Made by a program: the position numbers and the translations under genes
Notes under the pieces: model-generated
Database searches by the model: none
What the model was told of the DNA's origin: nothing
Seen by the model: the letters and a program-made list of their open reading frames with translations, nothing else
Assembly (NCBI GenBank): GCA_049601975.1
Contig: JBMYRC010000001.1
Span: 18,041-82,040, forward strand
DNA from: Alphaproteobacteria bacterium
GTDB lineage: Bacteria; Pseudomonadota; Alphaproteobacteria; UBA8366
Reading direction: 5' to 3'
Length of the DNA: 64,000 nt
Part shown: positions 1 to 11,172 of the stretch, piece after piece
How the letters are laid out: each line of letters begins with the position of its first letter
Position numbering within the stretch: the first letter of the stretch is position 1

Positions 1-23
1 CCATCGAGATTGGAGCCTAATTG

Positions 24-848
24 ATGCGAATACTGTTTTGTGGCGATGTGGTGGGGCGAAGTGGGCGCGATGCGATTGCCGACCATCTGCCGCGGCTTCG
101 CGAGGAATTGAAACTAGAGTTCGTCATCGTCAATGGCGAGAACGCGGCGCATGGTTTCGGTATCACGGAGAAAATTTGTGAGACGTTGTTCCAGGCCGGT
201 GCCGACTGCATCACCGGCGGAAATCATTCTTGGGACAAGCCCGAGATCGCGCCTTACATGGACAGCGACCGGCGGATGCTGCGACCGATCAATTACCCGG
301 ACGGCACACCAGGCCGGGGTGTCGCCGATTTCGTGACCGGTAGAGGGGCCAAGGTCAAGGTTATCAATGTTATGTGCCGCCTATTCATGGAATTGCTCGA
401 CGATCCATTCAAGGCGGTGGAGCGTGAATTGCCGATGGCGGCCCCTAAGCCCGGCGGCTATGCCGCGGTTATTATCGACGTGCATGGCGAAGCCACCAGC
501 GAGAAGATGGCAATGGGCCATCTGGCGGACGGTAAGGCCAGCCTCGTTGTGGGAACCCATACCCATGTGCCTACCGGTGATGCGCAAATTCTGGAACATG
601 GGACCGGATATCAGACTGATGCCGGAATGTGCGGCGACTACAATTCAGTCATTGGCATGGAAAAGAGTGCCGCATTGCAACGGTTTCGTCGCCGGTTCCC
701 CAGCCCGCGCCTGACGCCAGCGGAAGGTGAAGCGACATTGTGCGGTACATTTTTGGAGACGGATGACGCCACGGGATTGGCGCGGCGGATTTCGCCGGTC
801 CGTGTCGGCGGTCGGCTCCAGGAACAGCTACCTTTGTTCGACGACTGA
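24..848 (+). CDS. YmdB-family metallophosphoesterase
   Basis: ORF 21..848. MRILFCGDVVGRSGR...VIVNGENAAHGFGIT...GGNHSWDK fits the YmdB-type calcineurin-like phosphoesterase pattern. ATG at 24 preferred over TTG at 21. Confidence 0.75.
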   Translation: MRILFCGDVVGRSGRDAIADHLPRLREELKLEFVIVNGENAAHGFGITEKICETLFQAGADCITGGNHSWDKPEIAPYMDSDRRMLRPINYPDGTPGRGVADFVTGRGAKVKVINVMCRLFMELLDDPFKAVERELPMAAPKPGGYAAVIIDVHGEATSEKMAMGHLADGKASLVVGTHTHVPTGDAQILEHGTGYQTDAGMCGDYNSVIGMEKSAALQRFRRRFPSPRLTPAEGEATLCGTFLETDDATGLARRISPVRVGGRLQEQLPLFDD

Positions 849-996
849 TTAAAGTCTCGGAAAAGCTCTGGCTGCCCAAAATTCGCCATATTGGCCCTTT
901 AGAAGGGCGGTAGAGCTAGGCTTTTCTTCACAATATCTGGTATAACGACCCTTCTTATACACATCCAATTGACAACAGAGACGATTACGATTCGCC

Positions 997-1749
997 ATGG
1001 CTGGTCATTCACAGTTTAAAAACATCATGCACCGCAAAGGTGCGCAGGATAAAAAACGCGCTAAGCTTTTCGCCAAGCTCGGTCGAGAATTGATGGTCGC
1101 GGCGAAAGAAGGAGGCCCGGATCCTTCCGGTAATCCACGTTTGCGCTCCGCGATTACAACGGCACGCAGCCACAATATGCCGAAGGACAATATGGACCGC
1201 GCGATTGCCCGCGGTGCAGGTGATACCGAAGGCGCGAATTTCGAGGAGATTCGCTACGAAGGGTATGGGCCCGGCGGGGTGGCATTGATCGTCGAGGCGT
1301 TAACCGACAATCGCAATCGGACGGCGTCGGAAGTACGCTCCGCCTTTTCCAAGTTCAATGGCAATATGGCGGAGACAGGCGCGGTGAGTTTTCTGTTCGA
1401 CCGGATGGGTGAAATCAGATACGCGGCTGATGCTCGCGATTCGGAGGCCGTATTTGAAGCCGCCCTCGAGGCTGGAGCCGAGGACGTCGAATCAAACGAT
1501 GAATCTCACGAGATTAATTGTCAGCCCGAGAATTTGCATACCGTCGCGGGTGCGCTTGAAGGCGATCTGGGGGAGCCCCAATCCGTGCAACTCATCTGGA
1601 AGCCTCAGACGACGGTCTCGCTCGAAGAGAAACACGCATCGACCCTTTTGAAATTATTGGATGCGCTGGACGACAATGATGACGTGCAGTCGGTTTCGGC
1701 CAATTACGAAATCGCCGATGACGTCATGGAACGATTGACGACGGTTTGA
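997..1749 (+). CDS. yebC: YebC/PmpR-family DNA-binding transcriptional regulator
   Basis: [25 protein letters not shown]... is the canonical YebC N-terminus. It sits directly upstream of ruvC, as in many bacteria. Confidence 0.9.
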   Translation: MAGHSQFKNIMHRKGAQDKKRAKLFAKLGRELMVAAKEGGPDPSGNPRLRSAITTARSHNMPKDNMDRAIARGAGDTEGANFEEIRYEGYGPGGVALIVEALTDNRNRTASEVRSAFSKFNGNMAETGAVSFLFDRMGEIRYAADARDSEAVFEAALEAGAEDVESNDESHEINCQPENLHTVAGALEGDLGEPQSVQLIWKPQTTVSLEEKHASTLLKLLDALDDNDDVQSVSANYEIADDVMERLTTV

Positions 1750-2273
1750 ACGCCAACCGCTCCATACGCGTGATCGGGCTTGACCCCGGACTCCAGAACA
1801 CGGGCTGGGGAATTATCGATATTGCGGGCAATAGATTGACCCATGTCGCTGACGGTACCGTCCGAACGACGCGGTCCGATCCATTGGCTTTGCGGTTGAG
1901 AACTTTGCATGAGGGACTGGCCGAAGTGCTGACCTTTTACGAACCGGACGAATCGGCGGTTGAGGAAACTTTCGTCAACAAGAACCCAACCACAACCTTG
2001 AAGCTCGGCGAGGCGCGCGGTGTCGTCTTGCTCGCACCCGCTTTGGTAGGACTGCCGGTAGCGGAGTATTCGGCTAACCGGATCAAGAAATCCGTCGTCG
2101 GCGTCGGCCATGCGGGTAAGCCGCAGGTCCAAATGATGGTGCAGCGGCTGCTTCCCGGCTGCGATTTTGACAGCGCGGATTCAGCTGACGCCTTAGCAGT
2201 GGCGATTTGCCATAGCCATTTCGCGGGCACGGAGCGTCGTTGGTCGGCGGCCGAAGCGGGAGCAAAGGCGTGA
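1746..2273 (+). CDS. ruvC: Holliday junction resolvase RuvC
   Basis: [18 protein letters not shown]...[20 protein letters not shown] motif pattern. The TTG start overlaps the yebC stop by 4 nt. Confidence 0.9.
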   Translation: MNANRSIRVIGLDPGLQNTGWGIIDIAGNRLTHVADGTVRTTRSDPLALRLRTLHEGLAEVLTFYEPDESAVEETFVNKNPTTTLKLGEARGVVLLAPALVGLPVAEYSANRIKKSVVGVGHAGKPQVQMMVQRLLPGCDFDSADSADALAVAICHSHFAGTERRWSAAEAGAKA

Positions 2274-2875
2274 TTGCGTCGCTCAAAGGTGTGCTCGACT
2301 CCGTGGCGGAGGAATCCGCCATCGTTGATGTCGGCGGTGTTGGCTATTTGGTGTTTTGCTCGGGCCGGACATTGTCGCAATTGCCGCAACCAGGCGAAGC
2401 GGTTCGATTCGTGGTCGAGACCCATGTACGCGAGGATCACATTCATCTCTACGGTTTCGCGGAGTCGGGTGAGCGAGATTGGTTCCGCCTTTTGACGACG
2501 GTTCAGGGTGTCGGCGCGAAGGTAGGTCTCGCCATTCTCTCGGCGCTGGGGCCTGAGGAATTGGTCCAAGCGGTTGTGGCACAGGATAAAGCTGCGGTGT
2601 CACGCGCCAATGGCGTCGGCCCGAAGCTTGCGGGTCGGATTGTCTTGGAACTGAAAGACAAGGTCAGCGGCCTGGTTCCGGCGGCATTCGAGATATCCGC
2701 AGGGCCGAGCGCAACCGTTGGGGGAAGCTCGGAAGACGCGGTTTCTGCATTGGTGAATTTGGGTTTTCAGCGGACCGATGCCTTCGGCGCCGTGGCGCGT
2801 GCGGGTCAGAAGCTCGGCGAGGGCGCCGAGGTCGACGCCTTGATCCGAGCGGGCCTTCAGGAGCTTAGCCAGTGA
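2270..2875 (+). CDS. ruvA: Holliday junction branch migration protein RuvA
   Basis: Track ORF is 2240..2875. The canonical RuvA N-terminus (V)IASLKGVL begins at GTG 2270, which overlaps the ruvC stop (GTGA). VGYLV...LYGF...[17 protein letters not shown] helix-hairpin-helix region present. Confidence 0.9.
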   Translation: MIASLKGVLDSVAEESAIVDVGGVGYLVFCSGRTLSQLPQPGEAVRFVVETHVREDHIHLYGFAESGERDWFRLLTTVQGVGAKVGLAILSALGPEELVQAVVAQDKAAVSRANGVGPKLAGRIVLELKDKVSGLVPAAFEISAGPSATVGGSSEDAVSALVNLGFQRTDAFGAVARAGQKLGEGAEVDALIRAGLQELSQ

Positions 2876-3936
2876 GCGAGCAAATGGATCGGATCGTCGA
2901 CCCGGAGTTCGACACCGCGGATCACACTGATTTTACTCTGCGACCGCAGACACTCGACGATTTTATTGGTCAAAAAACCGTTCGGGAAAACCTGTCGGTA
3001 TTCATTCGCGCCGCGAGCGAACGCGGCGAAGCCCTTGATCACACATTGCTGCATGGCCCGCCGGGGCTGGGTAAAACCACCTTGGCACAAATCATCTCGC
3101 GCGAGCTTAATGTCGGTTTCAGGGCGACCTCCGGCCCGGTTATCGCCAAGGCGGGCGATTTGGCGGCGATCCTCACTAATTTGCAGCCGCAGGATGTGCT
3201 TTTCATCGACGAAATTCACCGCCTCAATCCGGCGGTCGAGGAAATCCTGTATCCCGCGATGGAGGATTTTGAACTCGACTTGATCATCGGTGAAGGGCCG
3301 GCGGCCCGTTCGGTGCGCATACCGCTGCAGCCCTTTACCTTGGTGAGTGCGACCACGCGTTCCGGTCTTATCACGACACCTTTACGGGAGCGGTTTGGCA
3401 TTCATCTGCGGATGAATTTTTATGAATTGGACGAATTGCGCGAAATTGTTGTACGCGGCGCGAACCTGCTGGAGACACCGTTGGAGGTGGACGGCGCAAC
3501 GGAAATCGCGCGCCGCAGCCGGGGTACGCCGCGCGTCGCTGGACGCCTGCTGCGGCGGGTGCGCGACTTCGCCATGGTCGATGGGACTGAAAAGATTGAC
3601 GCCAAGGCCGCGGATGCGGCATTGCAACGCCTGGGCGTGGATGCGTTGGGCCTAGATGCCATGGATCGTCGATATCTCACTTGCGTCGCGGAAAATTACG
3701 GCGGCGGGCCGGTTGGTGTCGAGACGCTGTCCGCTGCTCTCGCGGAAGAACGCGACGTCATAGAGGATGTGATCGAGCCTTATCTCATGCAGGAAGGTCT
3801 CCTCCAACGGACCCCGCGTGGCCGCATGTTGGCGAGACAGGGCTGGAGCTATCTTGGGATCGAGGCGCCCAAGACGGCGATGGAGCAGTTCGATCTATTG
3901 AGCACCTTCGATGAGGGCGAGGTGCCGGATGCCTGA
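2872..3936 (+). CDS. ruvB: Holliday junction DNA helicase RuvB
   Basis: Walker [14 protein letters not shown] and FIDEIHRL motifs. RuvB-typical C-terminus LLQRTPRGR. The GTG start overlaps the ruvA stop. Confidence 0.95.
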   Translation: MSEQMDRIVDPEFDTADHTDFTLRPQTLDDFIGQKTVRENLSVFIRAASERGEALDHTLLHGPPGLGKTTLAQIISRELNVGFRATSGPVIAKAGDLAAILTNLQPQDVLFIDEIHRLNPAVEEILYPAMEDFELDLIIGEGPAARSVRIPLQPFTLVSATTRSGLITTPLRERFGIHLRMNFYELDELREIVVRGANLLETPLEVDGATEIARRSRGTPRVAGRLLRRVRDFAMVDGTEKIDAKAADAALQRLGVDALGLDAMDRRYLTCVAENYGGGPVGVETLSAALAEERDVIEDVIEPYLMQEGLLQRTPRGRMLARQGWSYLGIEAPKTAMEQFDLLSTFDEGEVPDA

Positions 3937-4372
3937 AGCCCACGTGTTCCCGTTGCGGGTTTATTATGAGGACACGGACGCCGGCGGGATTGTCTATTAC
4001 GCCAATTATTTGCGCTTCGCCGAGCGCGCGCGGACCGAATTCCTCCGATCCGTCGGCGCAGATCACCAGACTCTCATGACCGAGGACGGCATCGCCTTCA
4101 CTGTGCGGCAATGCGCGGTGGATTATATGCAACCCGCATATCTCGATGATGCGCTGACCGTCCATACCCGGTTTCTCGAAGTGGGCGGTGCGAGCTTGCG
4201 GGCGGAGCAGACCGTGAAGCGGGATGCCGACGACCTCGCTCGATTGTTGGTCCGGCTCGCGTGTGTCGGGAATAACGGGAAACCGAAACGTATGCCGAAA
4301 GCATTACGGGCGGCGTTCGCCGAAAAATCGGTATCGCCGAAGAATGAACAAATAACAGCGGAACGGAATTAA
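3929..4372 (+). CDS. ybgC: Tol-Pal-associated acyl-CoA thioesterase YbgC (4HBT family)
   Basis: [34 protein letters not shown] hotdog-fold signature, located just upstream of tolQ. ATG 3929 (8 nt overlap with ruvB) is preferred over 3911, but either start is possible. Confidence 0.8.
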   Translation: MPEAHVFPLRVYYEDTDAGGIVYYANYLRFAERARTEFLRSVGADHQTLMTEDGIAFTVRQCAVDYMQPAYLDDALTVHTRFLEVGGASLRAEQTVKRDADDLARLLVRLACVGNNGKPKRMPKALRAAFAEKSVSPKNEQITAERN

Positions 4373-4378
4373 TACCGA

Positions 4379-5107
4379 ATGGAACAGGTAGTCGTTGATG
4401 GCGCCGTCGGACAGGCGCTTGGGCATTCTCAATTGACGCTTTGGAGCCTTTTCCTCAGCGCGGATTGGATCGTTAAGTCCGTAATGCTCGTCTTATTGGT
4501 GGCGTCGGTTTGGTGCTGGGCGATCATCTTTGATAAGACTTTCAGGTTTCGCCGGCTGCAGCGCCGGGCCAATAAATTCGAGGACGAGTTTTGGTCGGGT
4601 GGATCGTTGGAGGAATTGTACGAGCGTGTGGGCCAGCAGCCGTCCGATCCGATGACGGCGGTGTTTTCGGCGGCGATGCGTGAATGGCGTCGCTCTTCCG
4701 CCAAGGGCTTGGTTTATAGCGAAGCCGGGAGGTCTGGACTGAGAGACCGGCTGGAACGGGTCATGCAGGTGACCGTCGCCCGCGAGATCGAGCGTCTCGA
4801 GCGCTACATGATGTTCCTCGCGTCGGTTGGGTCGACGGCGCCATTCGTCGGTCTCTTCGGTACCGTTTGGGGCATTATGAATAGCTTTCAGTCGATCGCG
4901 GTGACGAAACAGACGAATTTGGCTGTTGTCGCCCCCGGCATTGCCGAAGCGTTGTTCGCGACCGCGCTAGGACTGGTCGCGGCCATTCCGGCCGTCATCG
5001 CTTACAACAAGCTGTCGACCGATTTGGGCCGCTACGCTGGGCGCATGGAAACGTTCGCTGGAGAATTCATCGCAATACTATCGCGCCAGATCGAGGAAAC
5101 GAGCTAG
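4379..5107 (+). CDS. tolQ: Tol-Pal system protein TolQ (MotA/TolQ/ExbB channel)
   Basis: Three predicted TM segments. Conserved C-terminal APFVGLFGTVWGIMNSF...VAPGIAEALFATALGL motif. Synteny with tolR. Confidence 0.9.
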   Translation: MEQVVVDGAVGQALGHSQLTLWSLFLSADWIVKSVMLVLLVASVWCWAIIFDKTFRFRRLQRRANKFEDEFWSGGSLEELYERVGQQPSDPMTAVFSAAMREWRRSSAKGLVYSEAGRSGLRDRLERVMQVTVAREIERLERYMMFLASVGSTAPFVGLFGTVWGIMNSFQSIAVTKQTNLAVVAPGIAEALFATALGLVAAIPAVIAYNKLSTDLGRYAGRMETFAGEFIAILSRQIEETS

Positions 5108-5111
5108 GACG

Positions 5112-5591
5112 ATGGCGATTCAAACCAACAATAATGGGCGTTTCGGTGGCCGTGCTCGCCGCTATCAACCGATGGCGGAAATCAATGTGACACCGTTCGT
5201 CGACGTCATGTTGGTGTTGTTGATTGTCTTCATGATTACGGCACCGCTGTTGACGGTGGGTGTGCCGGTGGATTTGCCGAAAACCCGAGCGGCGGCGTTG
5301 TCGGATACGGACGAGCCCTTGGTAGTGACGATCAACGCGACGGGCGCGATTTTCCTGCAGGAGCATGAGACGCCGATTGAAAACTTGGTGCCGCGGTTGG
5401 TGGCGGTTACCGGCGCCAATCCGGATATCAAGATTTTCGTTCGCGGCGATAAGGCGATCCCTTATGGCAGCGTCATGGAAGTCATGGGCGCGATTAGCGC
5501 CGCGGGTTTCAAAAAAGTTTCGCTGATGGCGGAACTACCAAAGCCGGGTGCTCCTAAGAGCACTGCCCGCCCGCAAAACAACCGGCGATGA
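5112..5591 (+). CDS. tolR: Tol-Pal system protein TolR (ExbD/TolR family)
   Basis: MAEINVTPFVDVMLVLLIVFMITAP signature TM helix with the conserved Asp. Located in the tol operon. Confidence 0.85.
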   Translation: MAIQTNNNGRFGGRARRYQPMAEINVTPFVDVMLVLLIVFMITAPLLTVGVPVDLPKTRAAALSDTDEPLVVTINATGAIFLQEHETPIENLVPRLVAVTGANPDIKIFVRGDKAIPYGSVMEVMGAISAAGFKKVSLMAELPKPGAPKSTARPQNNRR

Positions 5592-5603
5592 CGGAGAGCT
5601 TGA

Positions 5604-6500
5604 ATGCGCGTTCCGTTGGTGATTTCGATCGGCTTTCATATCGCGATTTTTGTTTTCGCGTTATACGGATTGCCATCGCCGAGCCAAAGCATCGTAATGG
5701 AACATCGGGTAATAGATGTCGAAATCGTCTCCACGACCGAGACACTGGAGCCGACGCCCGTGCCGAAACCGGCACCGCCACCGAAGAAGACGGTGAAAGT
5801 GCCACCACCCAAGCCGCCAGCACTGCCGAAACAAGTGGCCGCCCTGCCGCCGGCTCCCGAGCCTGCGCCGGCACCTCCGCCGAAGCCAGAACCGCAGCCC
5901 AAGCCGGTCGAAGCGAATCTGGATCCCACACCGCCGGAGCCGAAAGCGAAGCCAAAACCCAAACCTGCGTCGCCGAAAGTTGCGCCTCGTCCGAAACCTC
6001 GTCCGAGGCAAGATTTCGCCTCGATGATGTTGAAGACGGTCCAAAAGCTGAAGGATGCGCCGCCACCGGCAAACCCGCGGGAAAAAGAAAAATCCTTCGA
6101 TGAAAAAATGGCGGCTTTGATGAATCGAAAAAGTGTAACGGCGCCGGAGCGCGCGCAACGGGCACCGCTTGGTGAGAAGTTGACGATCAGCGAGATCGAT
6201 GCGATCAGGCAACAGATCGAGCGATGCTGGTTGGTGCCCGCAGCCATTGGCGCAAAGGATGTCCAGGAGATGTCGGTTCAGGTTCGCCTGAAGCTGAACC
6301 CGGACGGGACATTGCGGGAATCCCGAATTGTCGACCGGTTCCGGATGGAGACGAATGCGACTTACAAGGCGGTTGCCGAGAGCGCGTTACGCGCGATTCG
6401 CAATCCACGGTGCAGCCGGTTTAATCTGCCGCTGCAAAAATACGACGTATGGAAGGACATGGTCTTGCGGTTCAATCCCGGCGAAATGGTAGGGCGGTAA
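5604..6500 (+). CDS. tolA: Tol-Pal system protein TolA
   Basis: N-terminal TM anchor, a long Pro/Lys/Ala-rich spacer (PKPxP repeats) and a C-terminal TolA/TonB-like domain. Positioned between tolR and tolB. Confidence 0.75.
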   Translation: MRVPLVISIGFHIAIFVFALYGLPSPSQSIVMEHRVIDVEIVSTTETLEPTPVPKPAPPPKKTVKVPPPKPPALPKQVAALPPAPEPAPAPPPKPEPQPKPVEANLDPTPPEPKAKPKPKPASPKVAPRPKPRPRQDFASMMLKTVQKLKDAPPPANPREKEKSFDEKMAALMNRKSVTAPERAQRAPLGEKLTISEIDAIRQQIERCWLVPAAIGAKDVQEMSVQVRLKLNPDGTLRESRIVDRFRMETNATYKAVAESALRAIRNPRCSRFNLPLQKYDVWKDMVLRFNPGEMVGR

Positions 6501-7849
6501 TGGGACAAGGTCTTGCGCGCGGTTTGCTCGCGGTTGGTATGGCAGTCGTTATTTCCTTCGGAGCAGGTCTACCACCATCGTTGGCATGGGCAGAGGTCCG
6601 CATCGACATTACGCGAGGGCATCTGGAGCCTTTGCCGATCGCGATCACGAATTTCTTTGGTAAAGGAACTCAGAATCAGGAAGTCGGTACTGATATCGCG
6701 ACGGTGATTGCGGGCAATCTGGAACGTTCGGGATTGTTTAAGCCGATAGATAAAGGCGCTTTCCTGCAAAAACCCGAAGCGCTGCAGGTCCAGCCCCGCT
6801 ATTCCGATTGGCGAGTCATCAATGCACAAGCGTTGGTGAACGGTAGTGTCAGTTTGCAGCCGGATGGCCGCCTGCGGGTCGCGTTCCGGCTATGGGATAT
6901 CTTCGCGGAAGCGCAGATGACGGGTCTCGCTTATTTCACAGAACCGAACAATTGGCGCCGCGTCGCGCATATTATTTCGGATGCTATTTACAAACGGATC
7001 ACCGGAGAGAGCGGTTATTTCGACACGCGTGTCGTCTATGTCGCTGAAAGCGGGCCGTTACGCCGCAGGGTGAAACGTCTGGCCATCATGGATCAGGACG
7101 GGGCCAATATTCGTTATCTGACCAATGGAGATGCTCTGGTTCTGACGCCTCGCTTCTCGCCGGCCGCGCAGGAAATTACGTATCTGTCCTATTTCAATAA
7201 CACGCCACGCGTTTATTTGTTCAATATCGAATCAGGCCGCCAAGAACTGCTTGGCAATTTCAAGGGAATGACGTTTGCGCCCCGATTTACACCGGATGGG
7301 CAATCGGTCCTCATGGCCTTCGCGGAACGTGGGAATTCGGATATTAGGCTGATGGATTTGAGGACGCGGAAATCCACCAGACTGACAACGCATCCCGCGA
7401 TCGATACATCGCCGAGTGGCTCTCCTGATTCGCGTTTCGTCGTCTTTAATTCGGATCGTGGCGGCTCCCCGCAGATTTATGTGATGAATATAGACGGCAG
7501 TAACGTCCACCGCATTAGTTTCGGGCGCGGGCGCTACGCGACGCCGGTTTGGTCGCCACGTGGTGATCTAATTGCTTTCACCAAGCAATTGTCGGGCAAA
7601 TTTTATATCGGCGTGATGCGTCCGGATGGCAGCGGTGAGCGCCTTTTAACGAAGAGCTTTCTTGATGAAGCGCCCACATGGTCGCCGAACGGCCGGGTTT
7701 TGATGTTTTTCCGCCAGCAGCCAAGCGACTCGAAAGGCCGCGGTGGTCGAACTAGACTTTATTCGGTGGATCTGACGGGATACAACCTGCGCGAAGTAAT
7801 CACGCCGGGCGACGCTTCTGACCCGGCCTGGTCGTCTTTATTACAATAA
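6500..7849 (+). CDS. tolB: Tol-Pal system beta-propeller protein TolB
   Basis: Track ORF is 6449..7849. ATG 6500 (TAATG overlap with tolA) gives a signal peptide ending ...LAWA|EVRIDI. Repeated TolB propeller motifs present (P.FSPDG., [27 protein letters not shown]). Confidence 0.9.
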   Translation: MGQGLARGLLAVGMAVVISFGAGLPPSLAWAEVRIDITRGHLEPLPIAITNFFGKGTQNQEVGTDIATVIAGNLERSGLFKPIDKGAFLQKPEALQVQPRYSDWRVINAQALVNGSVSLQPDGRLRVAFRLWDIFAEAQMTGLAYFTEPNNWRRVAHIISDAIYKRITGESGYFDTRVVYVAESGPLRRRVKRLAIMDQDGANIRYLTNGDALVLTPRFSPAAQEITYLSYFNNTPRVYLFNIESGRQELLGNFKGMTFAPRFTPDGQSVLMAFAERGNSDIRLMDLRTRKSTRLTTHPAIDTSPSGSPDSRFVVFNSDRGGSPQIYVMNIDGSNVHRISFGRGRYATPVWSPRGDLIAFTKQLSGKFYIGVMRPDGSGERLLTKSFLDEAPTWSPNGRVLMFFRQQPSDSKGRGGRTRLYSVDLTGYNLREVITPGDASDPAWSSLLQ

Positions 7850-7999
7850 TCATCACGAAATTTTGTGCACGACAGTTAAGTGGCACTATGAAATTTCTTG
7901 ATAGGTGGTTGTATTTGAACAATTCACGTGCTTATTATCAGTACGTCGCAAGGGGACTTGTATTGAATCTTCGGCATTTTGACGGGTAAAGGTGAACCA

Positions 8000-8536
8000 A
8001 TGCCTATTAAATTTTTGAGCATCGCTGCCGCTCTGTTGCTCGTTGCGGCATGTGCGACTGAATCGACCGACGAAGGAAAGACCGCTGGCGCGGGTGGTTC
8101 TAAAACCACAGGCGCTTCGTCGGCTCCCAGCAGCTCCGTGAACACTGGTTCGACAGTGTCAACGCCGTCGGCGGGATCTGCGGAAGAATTCGTTACGATC
8201 GGTGATCGTGTCTATTTTGGTTTCAATAAAGCGGAGATCAGAACTTCTGACGTTGCGACGCTGAACGATCAGGCCGCTTGGCTGAAGAAGTATCCCAGCA
8301 TCACCATCGTCGTCGAAGGGCATTGCGACGAGCGTGGGACTCGGGAATACAATCTTGCGCTGGGTGAGCGCCGCGCCAATGCGGTGAAGGAATATTTGGT
8401 GAGTCGTGGTATCTCGTCAAACCGTGTGCAAACAATCAGCTACGGTAAGGAACGTCCGGCCGTTCTCGGTTCGAACGAATCCGCGTGGCAGCAAAACCGT
8501 CGCGGCGTTAGCATTGTAAAAGGTGGCGCGAGCTAA
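8000..8536 (+). CDS. pal: Peptidoglycan-associated lipoprotein Pal (OmpA-like)
   Basis: Track ORF is 7979..8536. ATG 8000 is preceded by AAAGGTGA and gives the lipobox LLVAAC. OmpA-C signature VEGHCDERGTREYNLALGERRA present. Confidence 0.9.
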   Translation: MPIKFLSIAAALLLVAACATESTDEGKTAGAGGSKTTGASSAPSSSVNTGSTVSTPSAGSAEEFVTIGDRVYFGFNKAEIRTSDVATLNDQAAWLKKYPSITIVVEGHCDERGTREYNLALGERRANAVKEYLVSRGISSNRVQTISYGKERPAVLGSNESAWQQNRRGVSIVKGGAS

Positions 8537-8567
8537 ATTTCGATCAACGCTTTCAGCTGAATTATAT

Positions 8568-8600
8568 GACGCGCGTCGTTATGGAACGGCGCGCGTCTTT
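8568..8600 (+). terminator. Candidate intrinsic terminator or stem-loop after pal
   Basis: GACGCGCG (8568-8575) pairs with CGCGCGTC (8590-8597) around a 14-nt loop and is followed by TTT. The short U-tract means read-through into cpoB is likely. Confidence 0.45.
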
Positions 8601-8641
8601 GCGTCATAATCTGGCCGTATTTTAAGTCGAGCAAAGAGATT

Positions 8642-9781
8642 ATGTTGGTCCGTACAGGAATTTTCAGTTTTTTCCCGCTCTTCGTTGTCGTGGCTTCCGT
8701 CTCAGCGGCCGCCGCGCAAGACTCGTCGATTGTTGGCGAATTGGAGCGGTTGCGCCGTGATATGAACACCTTGCAGGGTTACGTGTTTCGCGAGGGTAAG
8801 CGACCGACATCGGTACCCGGTGGCGCCGGATTGCTGGAATTTGCCGGTCAGGAATCGGTGTCTCAGCTTCAGCTGCAAATACAAGAGATGCGGCGGCAAA
8901 TGCGAGATATGAACGGCCAGTTCGAGGAAATTAAGTTTAAAATTGGCCGCACCGCCGAACGTCTCGACCGGTTGGTCGCCGATGTAGACTTGCGATTACG
9001 GGTGCTGGAAGAAGGCCGCCCGAGTGTGGCGTCCGAACAATCGGTCTCCGCACCGCTCAACGCTGGACAATATTCAGCGTCGTCCAATTTGACATCGCCC
9101 ACGACGAGGGTCATTTCGTCGGAGACAGAGAGTTCCCCGCCAAAGGGTAAAGAGCTTAAACCCGGTCAACGGCCCTTCGGTGTCATCAGCAAGAACGATT
9201 TGACGCGTTTTGAAGAGACAGGGACCGTTACCCCGTCGTCGAAAGCGCCGCCTCAGCCCCGTCGAACTGCCAGGACACTTGCGCCCGTAAATCAGCGTAT
9301 CGCGAAGCCAAACGCCGCGCCGAGCCCGGCAGCAGTGACCGCCGCCGTTAATCCGACAGCGGCGAACAAGGGTCAAGTGGCAGCCTTGCCTGTAGGAACC
9401 CCGAAAGCGCAATACGACTATGCTTATGAATTATTGATGAAACGCGATCTGCCTAAAGCGGAAACCGCGTTGAAAGCATTTCTTGCTAACCATCCTGAAC
9501 ACGAGCTGGCTGATAATGCGACTTTCTGGCTGGGTGAGACCCATTATACTCGGAAGGATTATCAAGAAGCGATTCGGGTCTACTACGATGCCTATAAGAA
9601 GTATCCGAAGGGCAACAAGGCACCCGCGGTCCTGTTGAAGCTGGGTATGTCGCTGGCGACGATCGGCGAAAAAGAATCGGCCTGCTCGGCCTATGATGAA
9701 CTGGCCAAATCCCACCCTAAGGCCAGCCCAAGAATTTTGGGAAATGCCGCTCGGGCGAGCAAATCGCTCGGCTGCGATTAA
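8642..9781 (+). CDS. cpoB: Tol-Pal system protein CpoB/YbgF (coiled coil plus TPR)
   Basis: Signal peptide, an N-terminal coiled-coil (LQLQIQEMRRQMRDMNGQFEE), a long Ser/Pro-rich linker and a C-terminal TPR block (FWLGETHYTRKDYQEAI...YPKGNKAPAVLLKLG). Located after pal. Confidence 0.8.
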   Translation: MLVRTGIFSFFPLFVVVASVSAAAAQDSSIVGELERLRRDMNTLQGYVFREGKRPTSVPGGAGLLEFAGQESVSQLQLQIQEMRRQMRDMNGQFEEIKFKIGRTAERLDRLVADVDLRLRVLEEGRPSVASEQSVSAPLNAGQYSASSNLTSPTTRVISSETESSPPKGKELKPGQRPFGVISKNDLTRFEETGTVTPSSKAPPQPRRTARTLAPVNQRIAKPNAAPSPAAVTAAVNPTAANKGQVAALPVGTPKAQYDYAYELLMKRDLPKAETALKAFLANHPEHELADNATFWLGETHYTRKDYQEAIRVYYDAYKKYPKGNKAPAVLLKLGMSLATIGEKESACSAYDELAKSHPKASPRILGNAARASKSLGCD

Positions 9782-9786
9782 ATGCT

Positions 9787-11097
9787 GTGGGCGCGCAGCC
9801 ACATTTTGGCGTATCGCCGCGAGAATTTTCCGATAATCTAGAGAAACTTGGACCTTTCGAAACAGCACCTCGATTAGCCGTCGCTTGCTCGGGCGGCGCC
9901 GACAGCATGGCGTTGCTCGCGCTGTCCAAGCAATGGGCGGAACGGCATGGTGGGAAGGTCACAGCGTTGGTCGTGGATCATCGTCTGCGAGAAGACTCCA
10001 CCTTTGAGGCAGAGACAGTGTCGAGCCGAGCGCGGCTGCTGGGCGTGGATACCTGTATTCTTACGCGTGACGGCGAGCCGATAGTTGCGAACATCCAAGC
10101 GCAAGCCCGTGCAGCACGGTATCGCTTGTTGGTCGAGTGGTGCGCGCGCAATGGAAACCTGCATCTGCTGCTGGGGCATCACCGTGATGATCAAGCGGAG
10201 ACCTTGCGCATGCGCGAGGAGCGCGGTAGCGGAGACGATGGATTGGCGGGGATGTCGCCGATTCTCGAATACGCCGACGTGCGCTTGTTACGTCCGCTGT
10301 TACGCGTACCGAAATCTCGATTGCGAGCGACCGTGGCTGAATTCGGCATAGTGGCTGTTGAAGATCCGTCGAATAGTGATCCGCGTTTTCACCGCGTCCG
10401 CACGCGTCATAGTTTCACTGCGGAGGCAGACCGCGAAATCCTGTCCGGACGAGCCGATAGATATGGCGTTGATCGTTTCCATCGCGAAGAAGCGGCAGCG
10501 GCGCATTTGGCACAGAACTCGGAAATCCATCCCGAAGGCTACGCGACACTCGATCCGCATTCATGGAGACAAGTAGCTAATGACGTAGGGTTACGTGCGC
10601 TAGTCGCACTCTGCGCGATGATTGGCGGGCGTCGGCATCCACCGCACAGGGAAAAGGCCAAGCGGCTGCAAGAAGCGATTGTGAGAGATAGATTGGGCGG
10701 CGGGCGCACGATGTCTGGTTGCCGGATTGTCCCAAGCGATGGAAAATTGCTGATTTTACGCGAGTTGGCATTGATCGAGAGAGAAGGGAGGTTGGATGGG
10801 CGACAGTTGTGGGATGGACGCTTTCGCGTCGAATTTACCGATCAAGTGCATTTATCCATTGGAAAGCTGGGCGAAGATGGGTTGCGTGAGGTACTCGCGC
10901 GTCAACTGGACGTGCCAACCCATCATCTGCCAAAGTTGGTGCTGCCGACACTACCCGCCATTTGGGACCTTGAAGGTGTTTATCAGGTACCCCACCTATC
11001 CTACTTAAGAGATAGTACTGGCGCTGATGGGCTTTCAGTCAATAATGTGCAATTTACACCGATTCGCCCGTTACAGGCAACGCGCTTTACTTTATAG
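9787..11097 (+). CDS. tilS: tRNA(Ile)-lysidine synthetase TilS
   Basis: PP-loop motif AVACSGGADSMALL and the HHRDDQAET motif. GTG start. The cpoB-tilS-ftsH order is conserved. Confidence 0.85.
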   Translation: MGAQPHFGVSPREFSDNLEKLGPFETAPRLAVACSGGADSMALLALSKQWAERHGGKVTALVVDHRLREDSTFEAETVSSRARLLGVDTCILTRDGEPIVANIQAQARAARYRLLVEWCARNGNLHLLLGHHRDDQAETLRMREERGSGDDGLAGMSPILEYADVRLLRPLLRVPKSRLRATVAEFGIVAVEDPSNSDPRFHRVRTRHSFTAEADREILSGRADRYGVDRFHREEAAAAHLAQNSEIHPEGYATLDPHSWRQVANDVGLRALVALCAMIGGRRHPPHREKAKRLQEAIVRDRLGGGRTMSGCRIVPSDGKLLILRELALIEREGRLDGRQLWDGRFRVEFTDQVHLSIGKLGEDGLREVLARQLDVPTHHLPKLVLPTLPAIWDLEGVYQVPHLSYLRDSTGADGLSVNNVQFTPIRPLQATRFTL

Positions 11098-11172
11098 GAG
11101 CGACCGGTCAACACTATGTGGTCGCAAAACGGTGCGGAGGCGCCGAATTGATCGACGGGAGCAGTTAGAAAC

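Noticed and set aside
5554-6247. Several ~200-aa ORFs on both strands over tolA, and an apparent tandem repeat (PKP/PAP units).
   Set aside because: These are a consequence of the low-complexity Pro/Lys/Ala spacer of TolA. The + strand frame at 5604..6500 has the TM anchor and the C-terminal TolA domain. This is not an independent repeat element.
7850-7999. 150-bp AT-rich gap between tolB and pal, checked for a tRNA or small gene.
   Set aside because: It has no cloverleaf-compatible sequence and no ORF with an RBS. It is most simply an internal promoter or spacer region of the tol-pal operon.
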